A stretch of DNA of 32,000 nucleotides from Candidatus Karelsulcia muelleri (GTDB lineage Bacteria; Bacteroidota; Bacteroidia; Flavobacteriales; Blattabacteriaceae). Every line of letters begins with the position of its first letter. The first letter of the stretch is position 1. The translations under genes were made by a program, and so were the position numbers. Location: the NCBI RefSeq assembly GCF_022985615.1, contig NZ_CP094965.1, forward strand, positions 124,327-156,326. The letters are read 5' to 3'. Positions 1-10,056 of this stretch are shown here, piece by piece. The notes beneath the pieces were generated by a model. It saw nothing but the letters and a program-made list of their open reading frames with translations, ran no database searches and was not told the origin of the DNA.

Positions 1-461
1 ACTATTGAAACTGGTTCTGTAAAAGGGATTTTAGAAATATATAATGCAGAAGAAGCTGCGAGACAGGCTAAAACATCTGGTAATATCTTTTTATCATAAG
101 ATAAAAGAGAAATCATAATTTGAATATCTTTATAGAAGTTTTTGGGAAAAATGGGTCGTAATACACGGTCTATAAGTCTCATCGTCATTATTTCTTCTTC
201 TGTACATCTGCCTTCTCTTTTAAGATATCTCCCCGGAATTTTACCTATCGCTGAATATTTTTCTCTATAATCTATTGTAAGTGGTAGAAAATTTACACCT
301 TCTTTTTCTTCTTTTGAAATTACTACTGTAGCCAATAAAATTGTATTTCCCATTCTGATTATAACTGAACCATTAGCTTGCTTGGCTAATTGGCCAGTTT
401 CAATATTTATATATTTTCCATCATTTAAAAATATTTTTTCTTTTATTAATTTTGTAATCAT
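1..461 (-). CDS. pnp: Polyribonucleotide nucleotidyltransferase, N-terminal part (runs off left edge)
   Basis: Manual minus-strand translation from ATG at 461 is stop-free to base 1: MITKLIKEKIFLNDGKYINIETGQLAKQANGSVIIRMGNTILLATVVISKEEKEGVNFLPLTIDYREKYSAIGKIPGRYLKREGRCTEEEIMMTRLIDRVLRPIFPKNFYKDIQIMISLLSYDKKILPDVLACLAASSALYISKIPFTEPVSIV. Matches the PNPase RNase PH domain pattern (GNTxxLATVV, PLTVDYREKxxAxGxIPGxxxxREGRxxExEIxxxRLIDRxxRPLFP). Not in the ORF track because it is truncated by the window. Confidence 0.95.
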   Translation of the reverse strand, partial: MITKLIKEKIFLNDGKYINIETGQLAKQANGSVIIRMGNTILLATVVISKEEKEGVNFLPLTIDYREKYSAIGKIPGRYLKREGRCTEEEIMTMRLIDRVLRPIFPKNFYKDIQIMISLLSYDKKILPDVLACLAASSALYISKIPFTEPVSI

Positions 462-463
462 AT

Positions 464-640
464 TTATTTTTTTTTTAGCAATGATTTAATCATTTGTTTT
501 TTTTTAGTAACTTGTTTAATTAAAATTCTATAACTATTATAATCGTGTTGATTTTGTTTTAAATGATTAGTAATTCTTTTTATCTTTTTATTTAAGTATA
601 ATAGTTGTGCTAGATTGGAACCAGTATCTAATTTTTTCAT
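464..640 (-). CDS. rpsO: 30S ribosomal protein S15, short form lacking usual N- and C-terminal residues
   Basis: Manual translation MKKLDTGSNLAQLLYLNKKIKRITNHLKQNQHDYNSYRILIKQVTKKKQMIKSLLKKK* (58 aa) matches the S15 core (DTGSxxxQIxxLTxRIxxLTxHLKxxxxDxxSxRxLxxLVxKRRxLLxYLKKK). The rpsO-pnp order is conserved. Below the ORF-track length cutoff. Confidence 0.85.
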   Translation of the reverse strand: MKKLDTGSNLAQLLYLNKKIKRITNHLKQNQHDYNSYRILIKQVTKKKQMIKSLLKKK

Positions 641-683
641 TTATAATATTTTCTTGTATAAGAATATAAGAAATAAATAGAAA

Positions 684-941
684 ATGAAAAAAGGAATACA
701 TCCAAAAAATTATAGAATTGTAGTATTTCAAGATATAGCAAGCAAAAAGAAAATATTTTGTAAATCAACAGTAGAAACTAAAAATGTTATAAAAATTAAA
801 AATAAAGTTTATCCTTTATATAAAATGGAAGTTTCTAGCTTCTCGCATCCAACTTATATTGGTAAACTAAAATATATTAATAAAGCCGGTAGAATAGAAA
901 AGTTTAATTCTAGATATAGCTCCTATCTGAAAAAAAGATAA
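684..941 (+). CDS. rpmE2: 50S ribosomal protein L31, type B
   Basis: MKKGIHPKNYRIVVFQDIASKKKIFCKSTVETK...SSFSHPTYIGKLKYINKAGRIEKFNSRYS matches the type B L31 pattern (HPxYRxVVFxD...SHPFYTGKxKxxDxxGRVEKFxxRY). Confidence 0.93.
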   Translation: MKKGIHPKNYRIVVFQDIASKKKIFCKSTVETKNVIKIKNKVYPLYKMEVSSFSHPTYIGKLKYINKAGRIEKFNSRYSSYLKKR

Positions 942-945
942 TATG

Positions 946-1950
946 CTAAGGTTTGATCGAAAATTTATCGAATAAATTTCGTTCATATTTTAATTTACCA
1001 ACTAGAGCAATCATAGCTGCATTATCACTTGAAAATTCAAGTTGTGGAAAAAAAGTTTTCCAGTTATTTTCTAGAGATTTTTTGCTAAAAAATTTTTTTA
1101 ATCCAAGATTTGATGAAATTCCTCCAGAAAAAACTATATTTTTTATTCCAGTTTTTTTAACAGTTTGATTTAATTTATCAAATAATATCTCAAAAACAGT
1201 TTCTTGAAAAGAAGCACAGATATCATTAATATTTTGGGAAATAAATTTACTATTTTTTTTAATTTTCTTTTTCAAGAAATATAAAAAATTAGTTTGTAAC
1301 CCACTAAAACTAAAATTTAACTTTTTGGCTTTAGGTTTATTAAAAAAAAAGGTTTTCGAATTCCCTAATTGAGCATATTTATCTATAATTCTCCCTCCTG
1401 GATATTTAAATCCAAGTCTTTTAGCCATATTATCAAAGAGATTTCCTAAAGAAATATCGTTAGAACTACCTAAAATTTTAATTTCTAAAAAATCTTTTAC
1501 TTTTATTATATTAGTATGTCCACCACTTATAGATAAAGAAATAAATGGAAAATTAGGGGGAGTAGAATGTACTCCTTTAATAAAATGAGCTAAAATATGA
1601 GCTTGAATATGATTGACAGAAATTAATGGAATTTGCCAGCACATAGCTAATGATTTTGCAAAAGCACTGCCAACTAATAAAGAACCAATTAAACCTGGGA
1701 AATTAGTAAATGCGATAGCATTAATAGCATTATTTTTAATTTTTGCCTTTAAAATAGCATTATTAACTACAGAAACTATATGCTGAAGATGCAAACTGGC
1801 AGCTAGTTCAGGGACCACACCACCAAATTTTTGATGAATTTTTTGAGTTCTTACAATATTTGATAAAACGGTGTTGTTATTTATAATTGCAGCACAAGTA
1901 TCATCACAAGAAGTATCTATACCTAAAATAATTAAATTCTTTTTTTTCAT
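946..1950 (-). CDS. tsaD: tRNA N6-adenosine threonylcarbamoyltransferase
   Basis: LGIDTSCDDTCAAI, GGVVPELAASLHL, NHIQAHILAHF, LSISGGHTNI, VFSGGISSNLGLKK and FSSDNAAMIA are TsaD/Kae1 signatures. Confidence 0.97.
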   Translation of the reverse strand: MKKKNLIILGIDTSCDDTCAAIINNNTVLSNIVRTQKIHQKFGGVVPELAASLHLQHIVSVVNNAILKAKIKNNAINAIAFTNFPGLIGSLLVGSAFAKSLAMCWQIPLISVNHIQAHILAHFIKGVHSTPPNFPFISLSISGGHTNIIKVKDFLEIKILGSSNDISLGNLFDNMAKRLGFKYPGGRIIDKYAQLGNSKTFFFNKPKAKKLNFSFSGLQTNFLYFLKKKIKKNSKFISQNINDICASFQETVFEILFDKLNQTVKKTGIKNIVFSGGISSNLGLKKFFSKKSLENNWKTFFPQLEFSSDNAAMIALVGKLKYERNLFDKFSIKP

Positions 1951-1961
1951 GGTAAAAAGAT

Positions 1962-1969
1962 TACTTTTG
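1962..1969 (+). promoter_or_regulatory. Candidate Bacteroidota-type -7 element for the ribosomal operon
   Basis: TACTTTTG matches the TAnnTTTG consensus known for Bacteroidota sigma factors. It lies in the 44-bp tsaD/rpsL divergent spacer. No clear -33 TTG element was found at the expected distance, so support is weak. Confidence 0.3.
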
Positions 1970-1994
1970 TACTTAAAGACAGTTCAGTTCTATA

Positions 1995-2369
1995 ATGCCT
2001 ACAATTCAACAATTAATAAAAAAAGGTAGAAAAAAAAGAAAAAATACAAGTAAATCTTTAGCCTTAAATCATTGTCCACAACGTAGAGGAGTATGTCTTA
2101 GAGTATATACAACTACACCAAAAAAACCGAATTCTGCTATGAGAAAAGTTGCAAGAGTACGTCTAAGCAATGGAAAAGAAGTAAACGCTTATATACCTGG
2201 TGAAGGCCATAATCTTCAAGAACATTCAATAGTTTTGATAAGGGGAGGCCGAGTAAAGGATTTACCAGGAGTACGTTATCATATAATTAGAGGAGCTTTG
2301 GACACTTTAGGAGTTAAAGATAGAAAGAAATCCCGTTCAAAATATGGAACAAAAAAGAAAAGTAAATAA
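1995..2369 (+). CDS. rpsL: 30S ribosomal protein S12
   Basis: [13 protein letters not shown]...[81 protein letters not shown]. Confidence 0.99.
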   Translation: MPTIQQLIKKGRKKRKNTSKSLALNHCPQRRGVCLRVYTTTPKKPNSAMRKVARVRLSNGKEVNAYIPGEGHNLQEHSIVLIRGGRVKDLPGVRYHIIRGALDTLGVKDRKKSRSKYGTKKKSK

Positions 2370-2839
2370 TGAGAAAATTAAAAAAAAAAAAAATAATATA
2401 CGAACCAGATCCAAAATTTAAAGAACCATTAGTTACAAGATTTGTGAATCATTTAATGAAACATGGTAAAAAAAAATTAGCCTATAGAATATTTTATAAT
2501 TTTATAGATGAATTAGAAAAGATCAATAATAATAAAAAAGGAATAAAAATTTGGAAAAAAGCTTTAAAAAATGTGACTCCACAAGTCTATATAAGAAGTA
2601 AACGGATAGGAGGGACAAAAATAAATATACCAATTATTCTACCAAAAACCTTACAATTAACTAAAGCTATGAAATTACTTATTAATAGTTCGAAAGAAAG
2701 AAAAGAAAAAGCAATGTATAAGAAATTAGCAGGAGAAACCTTAGCAGCTTACAAAAAAGAAGGAAGAGCAATAAAAAAAAAAGAGAATATGCATAAAATA
2801 GCTGAATCCAATAAAGCCTTTTCACATATAAAATTTTAA
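2369..2839 (+). CDS. rpsG: 30S ribosomal protein S7
   Basis: [47 protein letters not shown]...NVTPQVYIRSKRIGGTKINIP; follows rpsL. Confidence 0.98.
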   Translation: MRKLKKKKIIYEPDPKFKEPLVTRFVNHLMKHGKKKLAYRIFYNFIDELEKINNNKKGIKIWKKALKNVTPQVYIRSKRIGGTKINIPIILPKTLQLTKAMKLLINSSKERKEKAMYKKLAGETLAAYKKEGRAIKKKENMHKIAESNKAFSHIKF

Positions 2840-2869
2840 AAAACATCACATATAAAATTTTAAAAAACA
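2822..2869. repeat. 24-bp perfect tandem duplication (x2)
   Basis: tcacatataaaattttaaaaaaca at 2822-2845 and again at 2846-2869; covers the last codons and stop of rpsG. Confidence 0.97.
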
Positions 2870-2876
2870 AAATAAA

Positions 2877-4961
2877 ATGGGAACAAAGTTAAAATATACA
2901 AGAAATATTGGCTTTGCTGCTCATATAGATGCTGGTAAAACCACTACGACAGAAAGAATATTATTCTATACTGGAATAAATCACAAACTTGGAGAAGTTC
3001 ATGAAGGGACTGCTACTATGGATTGGATGGCACAAGAACAAGAGAGAGGAATAACAATAACTTCTGCTGCTACACGTTGTGAATGGAAAAATAATGATAA
3101 GATATATAAAATTAACATTATAGATACACCAGGTCATGTAGATTTTACGGTGGAAGTTGAAAGATCGTTAAGAATATTAGATGGCTTGGTGATTTTATTT
3201 AGTGCAGTGGATGGGGTGGAACCCCAATCAGAAAATATTTGGTTACAAGCTGACAAATATAAAGTACCCAGAATTTGTTTTATTAATAAAATGGATCGTC
3301 AAGGTGCAAGTTTTTTTGAAGTTTGTGATCAAATAGAAAAAGTACTAGATACTAATTGTTTGATCTTACAAATTCCTATAGGGAATGAAGAAAATTTTAA
3401 AGGAATTGTAGATATAATTTCTAATAAAGCCTTTATATGGAATGAAATTGACTTTGGCAGAACCTTAAAAGAAATCCCAATTCCTTCGAATTTAATAAAA
3501 TTGACTGAAGAATATCGTAAAAAAATGATAGAAAGGTTAGCTGAGGGTGATAGTAAACTTTTTGATAAATACTTTGATTCAAAAAACCAAATCACTGAAG
3601 AGGAGATAATAACTACTATAAAAAAACAGACCTTAAAACTGGAAATAACTCCTGTTATTTGTGGTTCAGCTTTCAAAAATAAAGGAATACAATATATTTT
3701 GGATGCAATATGCAGATTTCTGCCCTCACCGATAGAATGTAAAAAGATATACGGTTATAGTGTGAAGGAAAAAAAAAAAAAAAAGATTATTCCAAAGATT
3801 AATAACCCTTTTTCAGCTTTAGCATTTAAAATTTCTTCTGATCCTTTTGTTGGAAAATTGACTTTTTTTAGAGTATATTCAGGAAAAATAAAATCTGGAT
3901 CTTATGTTTTAAACAGTAGAACAAATAAGAAAGAAAGGATTTCAAGAATTTATCAAATGCATGCTAATAAACAAAATCCTATTAATTTAATTAAAACTGG
4001 TGATATTGGTGCAGCAGTAGGGATTAAAAATATTAAAACTGGAGATACTCTATGTGATATTAATAATCCAATTTTTTTAGAAAAGATATTTTTCCCAGAT
4101 ACAGTAATTGGCTTAGCTATTGAACCTAAATACAAATCAGATATAGATAAAATGAGTATGGCACTATCAAAATTAATAGTAGAAGATCCCTCATTACAAA
4201 TTCGTAATGAGAAAACCACTGGACAAACAATAATTTCAGGAATGGGAGAGTTACATTTAGAGATTATTCTTGATAGAATGAAAAGAGAATTTAACGTTGA
4301 AGTTAATAAAGGAAAGCCCCAAGTAGAATATAAAGAAATATTAACTAAAAAAGTTCTTCACAGAGAAATATATAAAAAACAAACTGGTGGAAAAGGTAAA
4401 TATGCTGATATTCTATTTCAGATTGAACCAATAAAAAAAGATTTCCAAGGCTTAAAATTTGTAAACAAAGTAAAAGGAGGAAATATTCCGACAGAATTTA
4501 TTCCTTCAATAGAAAAGGGATTTAAAGAATCTTTAAGAAATGGGCCTTTAGCAGGATACGAAATAGAAAAAGCTAAAATTATTTTACTTGATGGATCATA
4601 TCATACAGTAGATTCCGATCAACTATCTTTTGAGTTAGTTAGTAAAATAGGGTTTAAAAATGCAGCTAAAAAAGCTAATCCATATCTTTTAGAACCTTTT
4701 ATGAAGTTGGAAGTTTTTACTCCTCAAAAATATATGGGTATTATTGTTGGTGATCTTAATCGTAGAAGAGGTGTAATTCAAGGAATGGAAGATAAGCGAA
4801 AAAATGTAAAAATTATTAAAGCAGTAGTTCCACTCTCTGAAATGTTTGGATATGTCACTTCTTTAAGGACTTTATCTTCGGGAAGAGCCACCTCAATAAT
4901 GATGTTTTCTCATTATCAGAAAGCCCCTGAAAGGATTTGTAATAAAATAATATATAAATAA
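2877..4961 (+). CDS. fusA: Elongation factor G
   Basis: AAHIDAGKTTTTERILFYTG, DTPGHVDFTVEVERSLR, NKMDRQGA, GMGELHLEIILDRMKREFNVE, FGYVTSLRTLSSGRA. Confidence 0.99.
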   Translation: MGTKLKYTRNIGFAAHIDAGKTTTTERILFYTGINHKLGEVHEGTATMDWMAQEQERGITITSAATRCEWKNNDKIYKINIIDTPGHVDFTVEVERSLRILDGLVILFSAVDGVEPQSENIWLQADKYKVPRICFINKMDRQGASFFEVCDQIEKVLDTNCLILQIPIGNEENFKGIVDIISNKAFIWNEIDFGRTLKEIPIPSNLIKLTEEYRKKMIERLAEGDSKLFDKYFDSKNQITEEEIITTIKKQTLKLEITPVICGSAFKNKGIQYILDAICRFLPSPIECKKIYGYSVKEKKKKKIIPKINNPFSALAFKISSDPFVGKLTFFRVYSGKIKSGSYVLNSRTNKKERISRIYQMHANKQNPINLIKTGDIGAAVGIKNIKTGDTLCDINNPIFLEKIFFPDTVIGLAIEPKYKSDIDKMSMALSKLIVEDPSLQIRNEKTTGQTIISGMGELHLEIILDRMKREFNVEVNKGKPQVEYKEILTKKVLHREIYKKQTGGKGKYADILFQIEPIKKDFQGLKFVNKVKGGNIPTEFIPSIEKGFKESLRNGPLAGYEIEKAKIILLDGSYHTVDSDQLSFELVSKIGFKNAAKKANPYLLEPFMKLEVFTPQKYMGIIVGDLNRRRGVIQGMEDKRKNVKIIKAVVPLSEMFGYVTSLRTLSSGRATSIMMFSHYQKAPERICNKIIYK

Positions 4962-4963
4962 AT

Positions 4964-5257
4964 ATGTTAAATTATAAAATTAAAATAAAAGCATTTGACG
5001 GCTATATATTAAACCTATCAGTAATAAAAATTATTAATTACATTTCAAAGCAGAATATAAAAGTTATTGGACCAATTACCTTACCAACTAAAAAAAAAAT
5101 ATATACCATTTTAAGATCTCCTCATGTACATAAAAAATCAAGAGAACAATTTAAATTGTTCATCCATAAAAGATTTTTAGTGGTATATAATGTAAAAAAG
5201 ATTTTAAAACCAATTGATCTCCCTAGTGGAGTAAAATTAGAAATAAAAAAATGTTAG
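4964..5257 (+). CDS. rpsJ: 30S ribosomal protein S10
   Basis: [16 protein letters not shown]...[40 protein letters not shown]. Confidence 0.97.
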   Translation: MLNYKIKIKAFDGYILNLSVIKIINYISKQNIKVIGPITLPTKKKIYTILRSPHVHKKSREQFKLFIHKRFLVVYNVKKILKPIDLPSGVKLEIKKC

Positions 5258-5898
5258 GACTAATTGGAAAGAAGATAGGTATGACTAGTTATTTTAATAA
5301 ATTAGGTTACTGTATACCCTGTACAGTAATAAAAGCTGGACCTTGTACAGTATTACAAAAAAAAAGTATAAAAAAAGATGGCTATTATTCTATTCAACTA
5401 GGGTTTGAAGATAAAAAAAAGAAAAAAACTAATAAACCTTTATTAGGCCATTTTAAGAAATTTAACTCCTCTCCGAAAAAAAGAATATTTGAATTTGCAG
5501 GTAATTTTTTAAATTCTCCAGGAGATATAATAAAAGTAGATTTATTTAAAGAAAATGATAAAGTAGACATAGTAGGAAAATCGAAAGGTAAAGGATTTCA
5601 AGGGGTTGTAAAGCGTCACGGTTTTTCAGGAGTGGGTGAAAAAACACATGGTCAACATAATCGTTCTCGTGCACCTGGTTCAATTGGTGCAGGTTCCAAT
5701 CCATCAAGAGTGTTCAAAGGGACCCGAATGGCTGGAAGAATGGGTGGAAAAAGAAGAACGATAAAAAATTTAAAGATTTTAAAAATAGATTTTAAAAGAA
5801 ATTTATTAATAGTAAAAGGTTCAGTACCCGGTCACCAAAATTCTTATTTATTAATAAAAATAAAATTGGATAAAAATGATAATAGAAATTTTAAATAA
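5251..5898 (+). CDS. rplC: 50S ribosomal protein L3
   Basis: [11 protein letters not shown]..., [48 protein letters not shown]. Confidence 0.98.
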   Translation: MLGLIGKKIGMTSYFNKLGYCIPCTVIKAGPCTVLQKKSIKKDGYYSIQLGFEDKKKKKTNKPLLGHFKKFNSSPKKRIFEFAGNFLNSPGDIIKVDLFKENDKVDIVGKSKGKGFQGVVKRHGFSGVGEKTHGQHNRSRAPGSIGAGSNPSRVFKGTRMAGRMGGKRRTIKNLKILKIDFKRNLLIVKGSVPGHQNSYLLIKIKLDKNDNRNFK

Positions 5899-6523
5899 AA
5901 AGGGTTTAAAAACTGGTAGAAAAATAAAATTTAATTATAATTTTCTTTACAATAATATTAATATAAAAACTAAAAAACATCTAATTTATTTAGAAATTAA
6001 AAGATTTTTAGCTGCACAAAGACAAGGTAGTCATCAAACTAAAGGAAGGAGTCAGATTCAAGGAAGTAATAAAAAAATTCAGAAACAAAAAGGAAGTGGT
6101 AATGCTAGAAAAGGTGATAGAAAAAATCCTTTATTTGTTGGTGGGGGGAGAATTTTCGGTCCAGTTAAAAGAAAGTATAATTTAAAATTAAATAAAAAGA
6201 TAAAAAAGCTGGCTATAAAAATTTTATTTTATGAAAAATTTATAAATAAAAAAATTAAAATTATTGCATCTTTTCCATTAAAAGAAATTTCAACAAAGAA
6301 AATAATAAAGCTGTTAAAAGTATTAAATATATTTAAAAAAAAAATATTATTTATTACTAATAAAAGAGAGAAAAAGCTCTATTTTTCTTCTAGAAACTTG
6401 AAAAATGTAAAAATTATAAATATAATAAATGGAATAAACAGTTATGATATAGCAAAAGCTTATTACTTGATAATTAAAGAAAATTCAATAAAATATTTAG
6501 AAAATATGTTAAATAAGAGCTAA
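5876..6523 (+). CDS. rplD: 50S ribosomal protein L4
   Basis: [54 protein letters not shown]; positional context. Confidence 0.97.
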   Translation: MIIEILNKKGLKTGRKIKFNYNFLYNNINIKTKKHLIYLEIKRFLAAQRQGSHQTKGRSQIQGSNKKIQKQKGSGNARKGDRKNPLFVGGGRIFGPVKRKYNLKLNKKIKKLAIKILFYEKFINKKIKIIASFPLKEISTKKIIKLLKVLNIFKKKILFITNKREKKLYFSSRNLKNVKIINIINGINSYDIAKAYYLIIKENSIKYLENMLNKS

Positions 6524-6528
6524 AAAAG

Positions 6529-6846
6529 GTGAGTGAAAAGAGAATAAAATTCCTCTTTTATAAAGAGTATATAAATAAAAACTTAAGTAAAAAAATAAAA
6601 CCAATTATAACTGAAAAAGCTATATTTACCAATATATCAAATAATTATTATACTTTTATTTTTCCTATTTATTTTAATAAAAAGGAAATTTCAAAATATC
6701 TACAGAGAGTTTATAGAATTAAGATAACCAAGTTACATACTAATATTTATTATAAAAAAAAGAGTAATAAAAGAATATTGAAAAAAACTTTTTCAGGAAA
6801 AAACATAAAATTTAAAAAGGCTTTTTTTAAAGTAAAAGATTTTTAA
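6529..6846 (+). CDS. rplW: 50S ribosomal protein L23
   Basis: KPIITEKAIFTNISNNYYTFIFPIYFNKKEISKYLQRVYRIKITKLHT; located between L4 and L2. GTG start in this model. Confidence 0.9.
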   Translation: MSEKRIKFLFYKEYINKNLSKKIKPIITEKAIFTNISNNYYTFIFPIYFNKKEISKYLQRVYRIKITKLHTNIYYKKKSNKRILKKTFSGKNIKFKKAFFKVKDF

Positions 6847-6847
6847 A

Positions 6848-7675
6848 ATGCCAATTAAGAGAAAAAACCCCATTACGCCAAGTCAAAGGTTTCAGATATT
6901 AAATAAATTTTCTGAAATAACTAAAACAAAACCAGAGAAATCTCTGGTTTTTGGGCTTTCAAAAAAAGGAGGAAGAAATAATACTGGAAAAATTACGATG
7001 AAATATATCGGAGGAGGACATAAAAAAAAATATAGAATAATAGATTTTAAAAGAAAAAAAAGGGGAATTCCTGCTATAGTTAAATCTATAGAATATGACC
7101 CAAATAGATCTTGTTTTATTTCACTTTTACATTATATAGATGGTGAAAAAAAGTATATTTTATCTATTAAAGGACTTACAGTTGGACAAAAAATATTATC
7201 TGATGAAATTACAGAACCAAAAATAGGAAATGCAATGTTATTAAAAAATATCCCTTTAGGAAGTATTATTTGCTGTATTGAATTGTACCCTAATTGTGGT
7301 GCTGCATTAGCTCGTAGTGCTGGAACATCGGTACAATTAATTGCGAAAAAAGAAAAATATTGTACTTTGAAATTACCATCAGGTGAAACCCGAATGGTAT
7401 TATCTAATTGTCTGGCAACTATTGGTTCAGTATCAAATCAAGATCATAAATTAGTAATTTCAGGAAAAGCTGGAAGAAACCGTAGGTTAGGAAGAAGACC
7501 TCGAACAAGAGGAGTAGCTATGAATCCAGTTGATCACCCAATGGGTGGTGGTGAAGGAAAAGCCTCAGGAGGCCATCCAAGAAATCGAAATGGAATTCCT
7601 TCACATGGTTTTAAAACACGTAAGAAAAACAAAAAATCCAATAAATATATTATAATAAAAAAAAAAAATAAGTAG
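6848..7675 (+). CDS. rplB: 50S ribosomal protein L2
   Basis: [28 protein letters not shown]..., [51 protein letters not shown]. Confidence 0.99.
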   Translation: MPIKRKNPITPSQRFQILNKFSEITKTKPEKSLVFGLSKKGGRNNTGKITMKYIGGGHKKKYRIIDFKRKKRGIPAIVKSIEYDPNRSCFISLLHYIDGEKKYILSIKGLTVGQKILSDEITEPKIGNAMLLKNIPLGSIICCIELYPNCGAALARSAGTSVQLIAKKEKYCTLKLPSGETRMVLSNCLATIGSVSNQDHKLVISGKAGRNRRLGRRPRTRGVAMNPVDHPMGGGEGKASGGHPRNRNGIPSHGFKTRKKNKKSNKYIIIKKKNK

Positions 7676-7683
7676 TAATAATT

Positions 7684-7974
7684 ATGCCACGTTCATTGAA
7701 AAAAGGGCCATTTATTAATTACAAATTGATTAAAAAAATAGTAATTAATAATAGATTAAAAACAAAGAAAATAATAAAAACTTGGTCAAGAGCTTCAACA
7801 ATAACTCCAGAATTTATAGGAAATTCAATTGCAGTTCATAATGGGAAAAAATTCATGACAATTTATATTTCAGAAAATATGGTAGGACATAAATTAGGAG
7901 AATTTTCTCCTACTCGAAATTTTCGTAGTCATTCTGGAGCTAAAAAAATAAAGCCTACTCGAAATAAAAAGTAA
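7684..7974 (+). CDS. rpsS: 30S ribosomal protein S19
   Basis: [14 protein letters not shown]...[49 protein letters not shown]. Confidence 0.98.
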   Translation: MPRSLKKGPFINYKLIKKIVINNRLKTKKIIKTWSRASTITPEFIGNSIAVHNGKKFMTIYISENMVGHKLGEFSPTRNFRSHSGAKKIKPTRNKK

Positions 7975-8309
7975 TGTTTAAAAACAAAAAATTAGATTTC
8001 TATTATAAATCTAATAATATTAATTATTCAAAAATTAAGCTGATAAAATTAATTAATATTATTAAGTCGAAAAATATTGAAGATATAATGAATTTATTGA
8101 TAAATTTTAAAACAAAAGGAGCAATACTTTTAAAAGAGATAATTTTGAATGCTTATAAGAATTTTAGGAGACAATCCCCCAAAAAAAATGTATATATAAA
8201 AAACATTATAATTAACAAAAGCCGAATTTTTAAAAAAATTAGGCCAACTTCACAGGGTAGAGCTAAGAAAATAAAAAAACAATTTTTTAAAATGATTTTG
8301 ATTTTTTAA
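7974..8309 (+). CDS. rplV: 50S ribosomal protein L22 (altered C-terminus)
   Basis: Position between rpsS and rpsC; L22-like NIKSKNIEDIMNLLINFKTKGAILLKEIILNAYKN and KIRPTSQGRAKKIKKQ. Confidence 0.9.
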   Translation: MFKNKKLDFYYKSNNINYSKIKLIKLINIIKSKNIEDIMNLLINFKTKGAILLKEIILNAYKNFRRQSPKKNVYIKNIIINKSRIFKKIRPTSQGRAKKIKKQFFKMILIF

Positions 8310-8320
8310 AATGATTTTGA
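8283..8320. repeat. 19-bp perfect tandem duplication (x2)
   Basis: ttttttaaaatgattttga at 8283-8301 and 8302-8320, spanning the rplV stop codon. Confidence 0.97.
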
Positions 8321-8345
8321 TACTTTACCAGGAAAAAAAGAAAAA

Positions 8346-9044
8346 ATGGGACAAAAGGTAAATCCGATAGCCAATCGGCTAGGAATCTCAACTTGCTGGA
8401 AATCAATATGGTATAGTGAAAAGTTTAATCAGCTGAAAGAAGATTTAGAAATACGAAAATATCTAAATATTAGATTAGCAAAATCTTATTTATCATACAT
8501 ATATATAGAACGAAAAAAGTATAAAATTTTTATTACAATTTACTCTTCAAGACCTGTAATAATTATTGGAAAAGGCGGTAATGAAATAGAAAAATTAAAA
8601 AAAGAAATTAATAAAATTACTAAGAAAAAAATAAATATTAATATACTAGAAGTAAAGATCCCAGAAATAGAAGCTCTCTTGATTGCAAGAAACCTTGCAA
8701 ATCAAATTGAAAATCGTCTACCATATAAAAAAGCTATAAAATTCGCAATAAATTCTGCATTACGTAAAAAGGTAGAAGGGATCAAAATTAAAATTTCTGG
8801 TCGTTTAAATGGAACTGAAATGGCACGTACGGAATTTTATAAAGAAGGAAGAATTCCTTTTTCGACTTTTAGAGCTAACATAGATTATTCAACTTATGAA
8901 GCTCATACTACTTATGGGAAAATAGGGATAAAAGTATGGCTTATGAAAGGAGTAGTATATAATAAAAAAGAATTATATCTCTATCTCTTAAGACCTAAAA
9001 AGAAAAAAAAAACAAGTACTTATGCTAAAGCCAAAAATAAATAA
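8346..9044 (+). CDS. rpsC: 30S ribosomal protein S3
   Basis: [14 protein letters not shown]...[51 protein letters not shown]. Confidence 0.98.
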   Translation: MGQKVNPIANRLGISTCWKSIWYSEKFNQLKEDLEIRKYLNIRLAKSYLSYIYIERKKYKIFITIYSSRPVIIIGKGGNEIEKLKKEINKITKKKININILEVKIPEIEALLIARNLANQIENRLPYKKAIKFAINSALRKKVEGIKIKISGRLNGTEMARTEFYKEGRIPFSTFRANIDYSTYEAHTTYGKIGIKVWLMKGVVYNKKELYLYLLRPKKKKKTSTYAKAKNK

Positions 9045-9429
9045 ATTTGATAAACTCCATAAAGGCCGAATAAAAGGATATGCTAAAAAAGGTACAAAAC
9101 TTCACTTTGGGATATTTGGACTAAAAACTTTAGATACAGCTTGGCTTTCAGATAGACAAATAGAAGCAGCACGTATAGCAGCTACACGACATATGAAAAG
9201 ACAAGGAAAATTATGGATCAATATTTTTCCTAATAAGCCTATTACAAAAAAACCTCAAGAAGTTAGAATGGGTAAAGGAAAAGGGGCTATAGACCATTGG
9301 GTGGCTGTGGTAAAACCTGGGAGAATATTAATAGAAATCGATGGAGTAAATTTGGAAATAGGAAAAGAAGCTTTAAGATTAGCTGCTAATAAATTGCCAA
9401 TAAGAACAAAATTAATTTTAAAAGGATGA
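9022..9429 (+). CDS. rplP: 50S ribosomal protein L16
   Basis: [37 protein letters not shown]...[18 protein letters not shown]...[21 protein letters not shown]. Confidence 0.98.
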   Translation: MLKPKINKFDKLHKGRIKGYAKKGTKLHFGIFGLKTLDTAWLSDRQIEAARIAATRHMKRQGKLWINIFPNKPITKKPQEVRMGKGKGAIDHWVAVVKPGRILIEIDGVNLEIGKEALRLAANKLPIRTKLILKG

Positions 9430-9665
9430 GGAAAAAAAAAAGAATTGGTATAATATTAAGTGATAAAATGAATAAAACAAGAGTAGTAGGTGAAGTAGTA
9501 AAAAGAAAACATAAGATTTATAAAAAGAATATTTATTATACCAGAAAATATTTTGTTCACGATGAAAAAAATAAATCCAATAAAGGGAATACAGTAGAAA
9601 TAATTTTTACACGACCATTAAGTAAGAAGAAACGTTGGAATTTATTTAAAATAATAAAATGTTAA
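9426..9665 (+). CDS. rpsQ: 30S ribosomal protein S17
   Basis: [72 protein letters not shown]. Confidence 0.96.
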   Translation: MRKKKRIGIILSDKMNKTRVVGEVVKRKHKIYKKNIYYTRKYFVHDEKNKSNKGNTVEIIFTRPLSKKKRWNLFKIIKC

Positions 9666-9680
9666 TGTTAAGAATCAAAT

Positions 9681-10049
9681 ATGTTACAACAAGAATCATT
9701 TCTTAATGTTGCTGATAACACGGGTGCAAAAAAAGTTTTATTAATCCGTGTATTAGGAGGTACTAAAAAAAACTATGCTTCTCTTGGCGATACTATTATA
9801 GTAACAGTTAAAAATTCAATTGCTGGATCTACCATCAAAAAAGGACAAGTCACAAAAGCAGTAGTAGTTCGAACAAAATATAAAGTTAAACGCAAGGATG
9901 GATCATATATAAGTTTCGATGATAATGCCTGTGTTTTATTATCAAAAAGTGGCGAAATTAGAGGTACTAGAATCTTTGGGCCAGTGGCAAGAGAATTAAG
10001 AGAAAAAGAATATATGAAAATAATTTCATTAGCTGTAGAAGTATTATAA
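9681..10049 (+). CDS. rplN: 50S ribosomal protein L14
   Basis: [27 protein letters not shown]...[11 protein letters not shown]...[28 protein letters not shown]. Confidence 0.98.
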   Translation: MLQQESFLNVADNTGAKKVLLIRVLGGTKKNYASLGDTIIVTVKNSIAGSTIKKGQVTKAVVVRTKYKVKRKDGSYISFDDNACVLLSKSGEIRGTRIFGPVARELREKEYMKIISLAVEVL

Positions 10050-10056
10050 TATTAAA

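Noticed and set aside
1-99. Plus-strand open frame TIETGSVKGILEIYNAEEAARQAKTSGNIFLS* at the left edge
   Set aside because: The opposite strand encodes an unambiguous PNPase N-terminus through the same bases, so this is an antisense frame.
953-1168. 71-aa plus-strand ORF antisense to tsaD
   Set aside because: Fully inside the well-supported tsaD, with no recognisable domain.
2682-2870. 62-aa minus-strand ORF with repeated MFFKILYV
   Set aside because: Antisense to rpsG; the repeat comes from the 24-bp duplication.
3329-4219. Minus-strand ORFs 3329-3676 and 3953-4219
   Set aside because: Antisense shadows of fusA with no domain signature.
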